A stretch of DNA of 62,091 nucleotides. Source: a virus. Taxonomy: Duplodnaviria; Caudoviricetes. Below, piece by piece: positions 45,524-55,821 of the stretch; position 1 is the first letter of the stretch, and every line of letters starts with the position of its first letter. The DNA lies in the IMG/VR virus record IMGVR_UViG_3300036399_000656, positions 1 to 62,091 of that record; one strand, written 5' to 3'. The position numbers were made by a program, and so were the translations under genes. The notes under the pieces are model-generated. The model did no database searches, was not told the DNA's origin, and saw only the letters and a program-made list of their open reading frames with translations.

Positions 45524-48500
45524 TCCCTGTAAAATAACCTTTAAGAAAACCAAGGACGGAAAGGCAAAGGAGTATACCTATGCCGAGTTCATGACCGCCT
45601 TGCAAGACGGCTTGTTTCAAGAGCTTGTAGACTCTGGGGTTTTGAATGCAAACAAAATTTCAGGAAGCCCATTTGAGACCAAGACTCCTGAGGCTCCTAA
45701 GACCACCAAGAAGCAGACTAAAGAAAAGAAGAGTACGATGTCTGACTTTATGAAGTCAAGACTAGGCGAGGCTTATGGGGACCTAAAACAGCGTAAATAT
45801 GGGGAAAGACTTGCCGAGCAAAGAGGTATTGAAACCGAGGAATATATTTCGGTTGACCAAAAGGCTATGCAGGTTCTAGCTGAAGAAAAGTTTCAGCAAT
45901 TAAGAGAAATGTACGAATCTGGTGAGGATAAAACATTTGATGAGCTTTTAGAAGCCTATGGCAACACGACTCAAAAAGAATGGGACTCTAACCCAGGGCT
46001 ATTGTATCAGTATCAAGTTATGATGGCTAAGGCCGCTAATTATTTCTATGTAAAGGGAGATAAGAAGATGGCCAAGAAGATATACGATACCAAAGGCACA
46101 TCGGGAACTACGTTTGGTCAAGGCGTTGCCGCATTATCAGCTCAATCAACCCCGGAGCAGTTGGCCAATAGAATAATGGAAGAGGACGAATCAAGAGAAA
46201 ACTTCTTGAATCAGATCACTTCAGGACGAATAACAGTCGGAGAGGCGATTACACAATTGCGTGAAATAGCTAAGGTAACTCAAGGTGAAGTGGAGGCGAT
46301 TATTGCTAACGCAATACCTAAGGTTAAGAAGACAGCCACCGTGGTTACGGTTAAGCCGGAGTTCAAGACTCAAAGAACGGCTAGTGTAGCTGCGATCAAG
46401 GATATTTTATCGAAGAAGAGAGCGCCAGGACCACTCGCGTTATCAAACTCGGTTATTGCTGAAATTACACCTCACGTTATAGACATTGCAAGATCATACA
46501 TCCAGGAGGGTGCGTACTCTGCAAAGATGATTAAAAGCAAGGTGTGGAGTCATATTAAAAATGCTCTTCCAGGAGAACGTGCTGCGATTGACCAAATCGT
46601 AGACGACAACATGGCCGCCTTTGATTCTGAGATTAAGAAGAACAAGGAGGCTAGTGTTATCAAGCGTTTGGCAAAAGCATTTGAGGGTGTCATAGACGAA
46701 ACGGGGGTAAAGAAAAGGGCGTTAAAAATTCTTTCCGATACGATTCTGTCGAATGATCCTGGCTACATCATGGCCAAGAGCCGTGGTGAAAAGGTAAAGG
46801 CGAAAGATAGATTGAAGGCTATTCTAAACAATAAGCCACAAATAGAGACCCTAGTTCTTCAAGCAGCTAATATTGCCAAGGCTAATGTGGATGCTAACGA
46901 AAGTGCAGATGCGGCAACTAAGATGGCCATCAAGAACGAAATTGATGCTCTGGTTTCTGATCTTCTTGAAATGCCAATAGGCAATGTAGAGAGAAGGGCG
47001 GCTGCCTCATCAATGACTAAAGAAGAGCTTAATGCAGAGATTGCTCGAATTGCGACAGAACACTTCACAAATCAAAATGCGGAAATACAAACGCTTGCCG
47101 AGACTCTAGTGAACAACCTTGGTGTTGATCCTGCATACGCCACTCAACTACAGGCGGAAATCGAGCCTATGATTGAGGGTCGGGTTAACGACAAGATGAA
47201 GGCGAACAAGGATAAGATTGACACTATCATGCAGGGAATTAAGGATTCTGAAAGCGTGAAGAAGGGTGTCATCAAAGCTATTGCTAAGGGACAGGTTTCA
47301 GACACCCAGTTTGAAGACGCTCTTTTAAAGACGTTAGGTTACAAGGGTATATCTCAAGCTGACATTACAACGTTGAAGAATTACTTTGACAGACTTCAGC
47401 AGTTGCAGCCGGGTGAGGAATTGTATCAGGAAATCAATAGATACATCAATGACATTCTTAGCGAGTACGACGAAACAACGGCGGCACTTATTGGTCGTTG
47501 GTTTACTGAGCAGTTCTATATAAATGCTCTTTCCGACGTATTCAAGACAGCGGTTATGGCCTCAGGTGTCGGCGCCATAGTATCAAGCATTCAGCACGGT
47601 GCGTTTACATTCCTGTACAATCCTGCCAGGATGATGAGAGCCATTAAATTTGCTAAAAAGATGAGTTCCGAGGGAGCGACAATGGGATGGGACACCGTGG
47701 TAGCGAAATGGCAAAAGCCTGAGTCAAGATTTGGTGAAACCACACTCCTTGAAAGGCCAGAAGAAAAGGCTCACGGAGCGGTTGTTCGTGTTACTAAAAA
47801 AGAATACGCTCAAATCCTTGACGATATTATAAAGGCTAAGGGTGGAAGAAAGGGATACTACGCGGCACAGGCCGCATTGAAAACAGCGAGTCACATGATG
47901 GGCGCGGGCAAAAGAAAGCGCAAGTATATGCCAGCGTTTTCTGAGATAAGTATGGTAATGATGGGCGCTCAGGATATAATCATGGGGGGAACCTTGCAGG
48001 ACATCTACACTTATGTTGAGGCGGAGAATTATCTTGACTTGATAAATAAAGAGTCAGGTATTAAAATGAAGAAGGGGTCTGCTGCTTGGAATCAGCAATT
48101 AAAAGAGCTTTTACAGGTTGGCCCTGAACAGATAAATAACCTCAAAAAAGAGGTTGCTAAAGAGGCTGCCGACAGAATAGCCATGGGTGAGTCACTGCCT
48201 AAGGGTTGGTCTAATAGAAGACTTCGTGACAAAATTCACAATACCATGCCTAAGCAGGTGGTTGATGAAATGGCTCACCAGGCTAAAAAGTCACTGTTCC
48301 TTCAGAAACCTGAAACTGCGATTGGCGCACCAATATTTAATTTCCTTACAAGTAAGATGACCATAAAGGATTCTGATAGCGCGGCTGTAGCTAGTTTGCG
48401 TATTATAGGAAACCTGGTTATGGGCTTTGCTCGACTTAGTATTGTGTCAACTGAATATGCTTACAAGGCCCTTCCGATTGTGCCTGCCGTTACTGGTATT

Positions 48501-49691
48501 GCCTATGGTAAAAAGATTCGATACATCGACGGCAAACCAACGGTAGAGGACATGACTAACGAGGAAAAGATTACACGCATATTGAAAAATGTTGCGGTAA
48601 CAGCTGCCTGGGCTGGTCTTGTCGCTTCTATGTTTGATTATGACGATGAGGATGATGAGATCACTTTAAATCCCAATGCATGGATTAAGTTTTACGGATC
48701 AGCTGATGACGGTAAACAGAAGGCGGAAATGGAGGCGGAGGGTGCAGAACCTAATAGCGTGACTATATTTGGTCTAAACTTTTCTCTTACCCTTCTTGGT
48801 TTTGGTGCTGGTTCAATTGGGAAAATACTTGGTGAGGTCTCAAACGACGTGCGGTTTGGAAAGGAAGACAAAACTACTTTGAGTATCAATAAGGTTGTTG
48901 GACTTATTGCATCGCAGCTTACAGGAAGTGAAATGTCGGCCCCTAAAAGAGCTATAGAAAAGGTATATCAAGGATACGGGGAGGGTAAGTATTTAGAGGC
49001 TGGAGAAATACTGCTTTTAGATGGTGTTGAGACAGCTTTGTCTCCAACTATACTTGAAAATTTTAGAAAAGATTACCAGGCATGGAAGGGTGTTCAAAAA
49101 GAAAAAAGAAAGGGTGTCGTAGATAATATTGTTTCAGACATCTTTTTTACTGACATTTTCATGGATACTAATGGAGGTAAATTATATGATCATTTTGGTC
49201 AGCCTGTTTATGTCCAGCCATCTAATCCCGTTCTCAAGGCCCTTCTTCCAGAAAACGTATGGAAGGACGGAACTAACCACGTTGAAAATAGCCCGTACTA
49301 TAATCTTACCAAAGAGAAATGGTTTCCGAAACCTTACACCCGGTGGAATGCGAAGGACTGGACTGAAATAAAGGTTGGTTCCGAAAAAGAGGTTTTCGAA
49401 ATGGATGATGATTTCAAGCAGTCTTTGAGCTTGGTTATAGACAAAAAAACTGCTGAGTTAATTGATAAAAACAAGTCGAAGATAGAAAGAGAATCAGAAG
49501 AAAAGAAGGTTGAACGCCTAGATGATTACAGACAAGAGGCAATCGAAGATATCCGCGAGGAATTCAATAAGGAAATGCGAAAATTGGTTTTAAAATCTAT
49601 GAGCGAAAAGGAAATGCGCCAAGCGGTTTACAACAAAAGAGAAGAAATTGTGACGCAATTACGAAAAAAATACGGAATCGAAACCAAGTAG
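45516..49691 (+). CDS. Large helical ejection protein (1391 aa)
   Basis: Position after the giant; helical; G.T.GQ.V.AL and YINALS motifs. Confidence 0.75.
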   Translation: MANPCKITFKKTKDGKAKEYTYAEFMTALQDGLFQELVDSGVLNANKISGSPFETKTPEAPKTTKKQTKEKKSTMSDFMKSRLGEAYGDLKQRKYGERLAEQRGIETEEYISVDQKAMQVLAEEKFQQLREMYESGEDKTFDELLEAYGNTTQKEWDSNPGLLYQYQVMMAKAANYFYVKGDKKMAKKIYDTKGTSGTTFGQGVAALSAQSTPEQLANRIMEEDESRENFLNQITSGRITVGEAITQLREIAKVTQGEVEAIIANAIPKVKKTATVVTVKPEFKTQRTASVAAIKDILSKKRAPGPLALSNSVIAEITPHVIDIARSYIQEGAYSAKMIKSKVWSHIKNALPGERAAIDQIVDDNMAAFDSEIKKNKEASVIKRLAKAFEGVIDETGVKKRALKILSDTILSNDPGYIMAKSRGEKVKAKDRLKAILNNKPQIETLVLQAANIAKANVDANESADAATKMAIKNEIDALVSDLLEMPIGNVERRAAASSMTKEELNAEIARIATEHFTNQNAEIQTLAETLVNNLGVDPAYATQLQAEIEPMIEGRVNDKMKANKDKIDTIMQGIKDSESVKKGVIKAIAKGQVSDTQFEDALLKTLGYKGISQADITTLKNYFDRLQQLQPGEELYQEINRYINDILSEYDETTAALIGRWFTEQFYINALSDVFKTAVMASGVGAIVSSIQHGAFTFLYNPARMMRAIKFAKKMSSEGATMGWDTVVAKWQKPESRFGETTLLERPEEKAHGAVVRVTKKEYAQILDDIIKAKGGRKGYYAAQAALKTASHMMGAGKRKRKYMPAFSEISMVMMGAQDIIMGGTLQDIYTYVEAENYLDLINKESGIKMKKGSAAWNQQLKELLQVGPEQINNLKKEVAKEAADRIAMGESLPKGWSNRRLRDKIHNTMPKQVVDEMAHQAKKSLFLQKPETAIGAPIFNFLTSKMTIKDSDSAAVASLRIIGNLVMGFARLSIVSTEYAYKALPIVPAVTGIAYGKKIRYIDGKPTVEDMTNEEKITRILKNVAVTAAWAGLVASMFDYDDEDDEITLNPNAWIKFYGSADDGKQKAEMEAEGAEPNSVTIFGLNFSLTLLGFGAGSIGKILGEVSNDVRFGKEDKTTLSINKVVGLIASQLTGSEMSAPKRAIEKVYQGYGEGKYLEAGEILLLDGVETALSPTILENFRKDYQAWKGVQKEKRKGVVDNIVSDIFFTDIFMDTNGGKLYDHFGQPVYVQPSNPVLKALLPENVWKDGTNHVENSPYYNLTKEKWFPKPYTRWNAKDWTEIKVGSEKEVFEMDDDFKQSLSLVIDKKTAELIDKNKSKIERESEEKKVERLDDYRQEAIEDIREEFNKEMRKLVLKSMSEKEMRQAVYNKREEIVTQLRKKYGIETK

Positions 49692-49711
49692 CAACTATAT
49701 TTGTAAGCGCA

Positions 49712-49927
49712 ATGCACCATGATATAAATCACACAGAGATGACAGGGGACGGATACGCAGATGGAATTGGTTCAGTTTTATTAACAACATTTGCCGCGGT
49801 GTTGTCTTGGCAGGAACAGGCTGAATGGGCCTTCCGTATTTCGTCTCTATTACTGGCTTGTACAGTCTCTGTCGTCGTTCTTTACGGGCACTACAAGAAG
49901 TCCAAGACAAAGCGCTCAACCAAGTAA
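49712..49927 (+). CDS. Small two-TM holin-like protein
   Basis: Two hydrophobic segments, basic tail KKSKTKRSTK; own promoter TATATTTG 49696-49703. Confidence 0.6.
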   Translation: MHHDINHTEMTGDGYADGIGSVLLTTFAAVLSWQEQAEWAFRISSLLLACTVSVVVLYGHYKKSKTKRSTK

Positions 49928-49957
49928 TTTCTCCCTTCTGTAATTGTATACCTTCTG

Positions 49958-50044
49958 AAAACACAGAGGGCGGTGATCAGCCCGCCCTCAAAGTTCTCGT
50001 CTCCCGACTGCACTTGGTGTGCGCGAACTTGCGAGGCAAATATA
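49958..50044 (-). ncRNA. Small RNA candidate antisense to the late operon
   Basis: TATATTTG 50044-50037; junction AAGTTC/GAACTT enclosing GCAC/GTGC and GTC-GGGA-GAC; terminator GAGGGCGG/CCGCCCTC-TGTGTTTT. Confidence 0.5.
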
Positions 50045-50194
50045 TGACATTTCTTAATTAATGCAAATTAATTTGCAAAATAGAATGCAGGGATATAAAT
50101 TCGCCCCGGTTTTGGTAATACTAGTGTTTATGTGTTGGTTTCCCTGGACAACGGTCTGGGGATTTCTTTTATATTTGCAGCACAAAACGAAATT

Positions 50195-50842
50195 ATGATT
50201 GAATTGAAACTAGCGGACCCGACCCCGCACGAATTAAACGAATATAGATTGCTAATTAGCGAACTCAAGGACAAGTTCCCAGGTGCAAGCGTATTTGTGG
50301 ACAGGGGTGCTGGAGAATACGCCATAAGCAACACCACGATACTAATAGAAAATGACAGGCGTACAGAAACACATTCCGCAATTTACCCCTCGGTTCCCAA
50401 CCGGGGAACGGCGCAAATCAAGGCCGACATTCTCGCCCTTACCTTCGCTATGCGCGAACTTGGGTTTGATATCAAATTCTTGGACAGCGATCCAGTCGTT
50501 CGCGAAAAGGTTACGATAACCCGTGGCAAGCTCGATTCTTGTGTATCTCTTCGTCAACTGGTGGAACTGCTCGAAGAAGCGAACCACGAAAAGCTCGACG
50601 AAGTAAAGATTTTGATAGAGAACAAACGCAAGAACGGCGGTCGTCCTAGCAAGAAATCCGTGATCGAATTTATCTTTTCGGGCGCCAAGGAAGAGAAGCG
50701 GGCGCAGCCTGTACGGACGGGTCCAGAGTGGGCGCGGGTCAAGATGGAGTGGCGTGATAAGTTTCCTACCTCTAAGTACGCGAAAATATACAAAAGTCTC
50801 GACGAATTTTGTACCTTCGCGACTGAAGAAGAATGTAAATAA
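50195..50842 (+). CDS. Hypothetical protein (215 aa)
   Basis: Track ORF 50132..50842; promoter TATATTTG 50170-50177 favours ATG 50195. Confidence 0.7.
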   Translation: MIELKLADPTPHELNEYRLLISELKDKFPGASVFVDRGAGEYAISNTTILIENDRRTETHSAIYPSVPNRGTAQIKADILALTFAMRELGFDIKFLDSDPVVREKVTITRGKLDSCVSLRQLVELLEEANHEKLDEVKILIENKRKNGGRPSKKSVIEFIFSGAKEEKRAQPVRTGPEWARVKMEWRDKFPTSKYAKIYKSLDEFCTFATEEECK

Positions 50843-53800
50843 TGGCTACAATACCAACATCGAACAGGCAACGGATTGACATCAACAATCCCATAATCAC
50901 TCGAATACAAGTAGAGGGGAACGACACAGTGTCTTTCCTGAATGGGACTGTTGCCCCGTACCAGTACGTTCGAGGTATGAGCCAGATCATGCCCCAGACG
51001 CCGACTTACATTTCATACCGGTACGATAGCATTACGATTTCACAGGTATCAGGGGACTCGTTTACGTTTACAATTTATGCAGTAACTGACGTTGGCGGTA
51101 ACACATTTACCCCACTTACATTCCAAGATTCTTCTGATGTAGTACAAGCCAAGACAGTTGAAATATACCGACTTCTTGTAACGGCCGTGTTCAAAGGTTG
51201 CTGCGAGTGCGGTAATACCGAGCCTGAGTGCTCCATTCAGTACACCGCCGGCACAGACCCAACTATTCCGGGGACGCTGTATGATGTTGGAGCTGTTGGG
51301 ATGAGGATAAACTATTTCACTGCTAACAGTCAAGACTTCACGGGGTTCTGGCCGATTATCCAAGACGGTTCATGGATTTTTGTGTTTAGCAAAACAGACC
51401 CGACTGTGTATGGTGTGTATCAGCTGTCGAATTATAACGACGGCGGAACATTTGCTCAATTTGATTCTACCCTGCTTGCAGGGCCTGCTGGATTTCCAGA
51501 CGGAACAGAACTTTGCGTGGACGTAACAAGCGTTGGTGGCTCCTTGGTGCAGGGATGGCAGGACACCTTAGATATCAACTCCACTTTAGATAAGGACAAC
51601 ACAGTAGACGGGGCAGGGTTTGATTTCGTATTTGACAACAATAGTTCGTTTACCGTCAACTCAGTTGGCGGGTCTATACAGACTAGCGTGTCTGGTGCTT
51701 CATTGATTTCGGGTGCATTATCGATTGATGTTGCGCCTGGCTATATTGATATTATTACCCCCGGTTACGGAGCCGCCACGACCGGCATGGTACTAGCCCT
51801 TGATTCCTTTGGTCACGTAGAATACACCTTGGCGGGTACAGGAACGATAAGTTCTATTGGCCTTTTCATGCCTTCTGCGTTTACAGTAAGCACACCGAAT
51901 CCATTGACAAGCAATGGCGACTTTACGGTGACGGGCGCGGGTACAGACTTAGAGTATATTAACGGACTTGGCGAACTTGCCACGCTTCCGGTTTACACGG
52001 TAGAGAACGGACTTCACCCATTCGGCGGAGTACCAGGAGAGGCTCCTCCAAATCCTTTCCTATTCCACTTGGGAGGACAGCTCATCGAGGACACCTTAAT
52101 AGAAACCACCGAGGTTGTAAGCCCCGGTGTGGTAAACGAGTGGCAGCTCTCCGTAAGGGGAGCGGGTGGAACGGACGGGCAGAACACCCAATTCCCGTTT
52201 GGTGTGGCTAACCTTGGTGACGGTGGTGTCGCTACCTTCCAGGACTACGGATCGGGCGACAGACCTAATCCATCTGTAGAAATCGTTGGCGATGTCGACC
52301 TTCTCCAGCCGTTACTTGAGTTAAACATGGAGGGCAACCTTCCGACTGCGGACGACACGCTCTTGCGCCTTCGTTATAGTGGTGATCCATCGCTTGCCAT
52401 GATGACGATAGACTACCAGTTCAGAAACAATAACGCGGTAGTAGCGAACTCTAATTTCGTAGGCTCTCGCCTGTCTACCGAGGTGGTAAGTTTTGTTGAT
52501 GGTAATGAGGAGACTAGGCTTGAGGTTCAACTCGTTGATAATGGTACACTTTCAAATAAGCTAGAGTTGCAGGGATTTGGTCAGCTAGTGTTAAATGAGT
52601 ACGCTACATCTGCGTTCAGTAATACTACAAGCAATATCAACAATGATCTTGAATATGTGCTTGCCGTTGACACGAGCGGTAACGTGTTTAAGAAGTTGTC
52701 TGAGGGTGGTGGAACGGTAACGGAGGTTGATGCAACAGGTCTGTTGACCACATCTCCCGATCCAATTACCACAACAGGAACCGTAACATCTGAGATGAAC
52801 AGCGGGTTCCTTGTTGGCCGTTATGATGCTGGGGTTGGGGTGTTCCAAGAGATTACGATTGGTTCGGGCCTTACGTTGACCGGCGATACATTGAGTGCGG
52901 ATGGCGGCGGCGGAACCTACGACTCAGACCAGGGTATATACAAGGACACTTCGCTTACCAACGACACCTTCCAACTCGGTGCGCCAAGCGGAAATCAAGC
53001 GGGTATAGCGTTTTCAGTAGATAGATATGTTGATACCACGGATAAATTCTTACAGCTAGAAGGCGCAAACGGTGCAACCGGATCTGTTGTACTAAAGGTA
53101 ATTGAAGGATCAGCAACACCTGTTGACACAAAGGCTTCGTTTATATCTGCAACACAATACAAAAAATACGCAGGTTCATTTACGGGGCATTTTAATTCTG
53201 GACTATTAGCGTATTCAACAGCGGATGGCGGAATCGCATTAGATGCCAATAATGCTTCTAGCGCTAATGGTTTGTCAGCTAGGTTTCAATGTGTTAACGG
53301 CAATGGTATTGAAGTGTTTTCAGCTCTCAAAAGCACATTTAAAGTAAATAGTGGCGCAACTTCAAGCATATACCCGGCTATTGATATTGAAAACTTAGGT
53401 GGTTTAGTTGGAAATGGATTAGGTGTTTCAGTAACAATGTCCCCAGGAGCTGATGCTTTTGGTACAATAGACGTAGGGGTTTCGTTAAATGCTGTAATAT
53501 CAGACATTGGAACCCCTTCTGGAAATGACTCTGTTGTTGATTTCAGAGTAGACACTCTAAATTCAGGAACCGTACAGCAGCACACTTCTTTCATTGGAAG
53601 CGGTCAATTGCAGTTACACGAATACGGTCAAACCCCCGCCAACTTCCCCGACGCATCTCCTGTATGGGCTTTAGGTGTAAATGCAAGCGGTAACGTGGTT
53701 GAATTTACTCCAGGCGACAGCACAACCTACACCGTAGACAACGGTCTTTCGCCGCAAACCCTTCCGACGGCTAACCCAGATAACTTCCAACTGGGGGGAC

Positions 53801-54228
53801 CGCTTGTTTTGGATACTATTATAGACGGAGACTCTACATACGATCTGTCTTTTACAAATATCCAGTCATTAATTGGAACTGCGGCAGACGTTTACTTTGC
53901 AGGTTCTGATGGCGTTAACAATAGTTCATTAGGGTTAACATCACTTATTGCGGCACTAGAATTTACAGATGGCACTACTGGAACTGTTTCAGTTCTAGAA
54001 CTCAATAATGCCTTTTCAAGGTTTACTCACTTAGACGGTACTACTTCATCTATATCCGCAATACAACTAACCGGAACAGAGCTTAGAGTTCAGACCCCGT
54101 TGTACGCCACCAAGACTGCCGGGGACGTATTGACACTTGTTGATCCAACCACGGGCGAGGCCGAGTGGAGTACGCCAACGGTAGGAGGATCTGGTCTTGA
54201 GCCGATACTAATGTTAATGGGAGCATAA
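50842..54228 (+). CDS. Tail fibre protein (1128 aa)
   Basis: Gly/Thr-rich beta repeats, GCCECG cluster, repeated NGL...F.LGG.L modules. Confidence 0.8.
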   Translation: MATIPTSNRQRIDINNPIITRIQVEGNDTVSFLNGTVAPYQYVRGMSQIMPQTPTYISYRYDSITISQVSGDSFTFTIYAVTDVGGNTFTPLTFQDSSDVVQAKTVEIYRLLVTAVFKGCCECGNTEPECSIQYTAGTDPTIPGTLYDVGAVGMRINYFTANSQDFTGFWPIIQDGSWIFVFSKTDPTVYGVYQLSNYNDGGTFAQFDSTLLAGPAGFPDGTELCVDVTSVGGSLVQGWQDTLDINSTLDKDNTVDGAGFDFVFDNNSSFTVNSVGGSIQTSVSGASLISGALSIDVAPGYIDIITPGYGAATTGMVLALDSFGHVEYTLAGTGTISSIGLFMPSAFTVSTPNPLTSNGDFTVTGAGTDLEYINGLGELATLPVYTVENGLHPFGGVPGEAPPNPFLFHLGGQLIEDTLIETTEVVSPGVVNEWQLSVRGAGGTDGQNTQFPFGVANLGDGGVATFQDYGSGDRPNPSVEIVGDVDLLQPLLELNMEGNLPTADDTLLRLRYSGDPSLAMMTIDYQFRNNNAVVANSNFVGSRLSTEVVSFVDGNEETRLEVQLVDNGTLSNKLELQGFGQLVLNEYATSAFSNTTSNINNDLEYVLAVDTSGNVFKKLSEGGGTVTEVDATGLLTTSPDPITTTGTVTSEMNSGFLVGRYDAGVGVFQEITIGSGLTLTGDTLSADGGGGTYDSDQGIYKDTSLTNDTFQLGAPSGNQAGIAFSVDRYVDTTDKFLQLEGANGATGSVVLKVIEGSATPVDTKASFISATQYKKYAGSFTGHFNSGLLAYSTADGGIALDANNASSANGLSARFQCVNGNGIEVFSALKSTFKVNSGATSSIYPAIDIENLGGLVGNGLGVSVTMSPGADAFGTIDVGVSLNAVISDIGTPSGNDSVVDFRVDTLNSGTVQQHTSFIGSGQLQLHEYGQTPANFPDASPVWALGVNASGNVVEFTPGDSTTYTVDNGLSPQTLPTANPDNFQLGGPLVLDTIIDGDSTYDLSFTNIQSLIGTAADVYFAGSDGVNNSSLGLTSLIAALEFTDGTTGTVSVLELNNAFSRFTHLDGTTSSISAIQLTGTELRVQTPLYATKTAGDVLTLVDPTTGEAEWSTPTVGGSGLEPILMLMGA

Positions 54229-54238
54229 AAAATAGAAT

Positions 54239-54568
54239 ATGGCAACTACTTATAAAATACTAGGGCAGGTAAGCCCAGCGACAGGGGTTGAGACAGCTCT
54301 GTACACCGTTCCAGCGGCCACATCGACTGTTGGGAGTTCATTAATTGTAGCAAACCGAGGGACGTCTACGGCATCATTTCGAGTGAGCGTGTCGGCGGCA
54401 GGTGCTGCGACAACAAATAAGGACTATATTTACTTCGATCTTCAAATAGGGGCAAATGATACCTTTATTGCGACGGTAGGTATTACCTTAGCGACCACGG
54501 ACGTTGTAAGGGTTTATGCGTCCAATACGAATTTATCTTTTCAACTTTACGGATCTGAAATAAGCTAA
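54239..54568 (+). CDS. Small virion protein (109 aa)
   Basis: MATTYKILGQ..P....T.LYTVP...FQLYGSEIS, a familiar phage structural-protein pattern. Confidence 0.75.
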   Translation: MATTYKILGQVSPATGVETALYTVPAATSTVGSSLIVANRGTSTASFRVSVSAAGAATTNKDYIYFDLQIGANDTFIATVGITLATTDVVRVYASNTNLSFQLYGSEIS

Positions 54569-54569
54569 C

Positions 54570-55820
54570 ATGGCACAGGGATATTCATCATACAACATAA
54601 TTAGTAGTGAGATTTCATTTGCAAATACTCCTAACATAGACGCATTCGGCAGACTTAGGGTAAGTGATCCTTTCACACTCTTTGACTCTAGTCATAGATT
54701 CGCTGACAATGGCCTGTGGTCAACAGGAACCGCAACGGGTGGGACTGCTACATTTAATGCTGCTCAAGGATTAGTTGATCTAGATGTAACCGCAGCATCA
54801 GGTTCTGAGGTTGTTAGGGAGACAACTAAAGTATTCTCATATCAACCCGGTAAGAGTTTGTTAGTACTCAGCACGTTTGTAATGAGTACTGCCAAAGCTA
54901 ACCTCAGACAAAGGATTGGTTACTATGGAGCAAACAACGGATATTATCTAGAGCAGAACGGGACTACTGTAAGTTTTGTAGAGAGGAGTTTTGTTACAGG
55001 GGCGGTAGTAAACACACCGGTTGCTCAGGCAAGTTGGAATGTTGACCCTATGGATGGTTCAGGACCTAGTGGAATCACCCTTGACTTAACAAAGGCTCAG
55101 ATTCTATTCATGGATTTGGAGTGGTTAGGGGTAGGTACAGTTAGAATCGGCTTTGTTATAAATGGTAACTTCTATGTTTGTCATAAGTTTCACCATGCTA
55201 ATATTATTGCCACCACGTATATTACAACTGCCTCATTACCACTAAGATACGAGATAACTAATACAGGTGCTACAAGTGGTGCTAGTACACTAAAGCAAAT
55301 CTGCTCTACCGTATTATCTGAAGGAGGATATCAGCTTAATGGATTACAGCAAGCAATTGGTCTTCCAATTCAATCTCCAAGAACATTAGGAACAGCAGGA
55401 ACATTTTACCCTGTAATAAGTTTACGTTTAAAATCAACAAGATTGGATGGTATTATTATTCTTACTGCTTTTTCTATAATGCCAATGAGTACAGGTAAGT
55501 TTAATTGGCAGGTAGTAGCATCTGGAACAACAACAGGTGGCTCTTGGACGAGTGCAGGAGCAAACTCTTCTGTAGAATATAATATATCATCAGGAACTAC
55601 TTTTAGTTTTACAGGGGCAAGAGTACTTGCAAGTGGATTTTTTAATGAAACTAATCAAGCGGCAAGTCAAGTTGATATATTGAAGGAAGCATTGTTTAAA
55701 TTTCAGTTAGAAAGAAATGGATTAACATCAACACCATTTGAACTTACATTGGTAATTGCTTCTGATAGCAGTAATGATACTGTTGTTGCATCAATGGACT
55801 GGGAAGAAATAAGCAGATAA
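54570..55820 (+). CDS. Virion structural protein (DAFGRLRVS family)
   Basis: DAFGRLRVS.P.TLFDS, YQPGKS, DLEWLGVG.VR.GF, LPLRYE, MDWEE. Confidence 0.8.
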   Translation: MAQGYSSYNIISSEISFANTPNIDAFGRLRVSDPFTLFDSSHRFADNGLWSTGTATGGTATFNAAQGLVDLDVTAASGSEVVRETTKVFSYQPGKSLLVLSTFVMSTAKANLRQRIGYYGANNGYYLEQNGTTVSFVERSFVTGAVVNTPVAQASWNVDPMDGSGPSGITLDLTKAQILFMDLEWLGVGTVRIGFVINGNFYVCHKFHHANIIATTYITTASLPLRYEITNTGATSGASTLKQICSTVLSEGGYQLNGLQQAIGLPIQSPRTLGTAGTFYPVISLRLKSTRLDGIIILTAFSIMPMSTGKFNWQVVASGTTTGGSWTSAGANSSVEYNISSGTTFSFTGARVLASGFFNETNQAASQVDILKEALFKFQLERNGLTSTPFELTLVIASDSSNDTVVASMDWEEISR

Positions 55821-55821
55821 T

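Noticed and set aside
37068-49691. Virion RNA polymerase
   Set aside because: No catalytic D(F)DxD motif found by eye; needs a profile search to exclude fully
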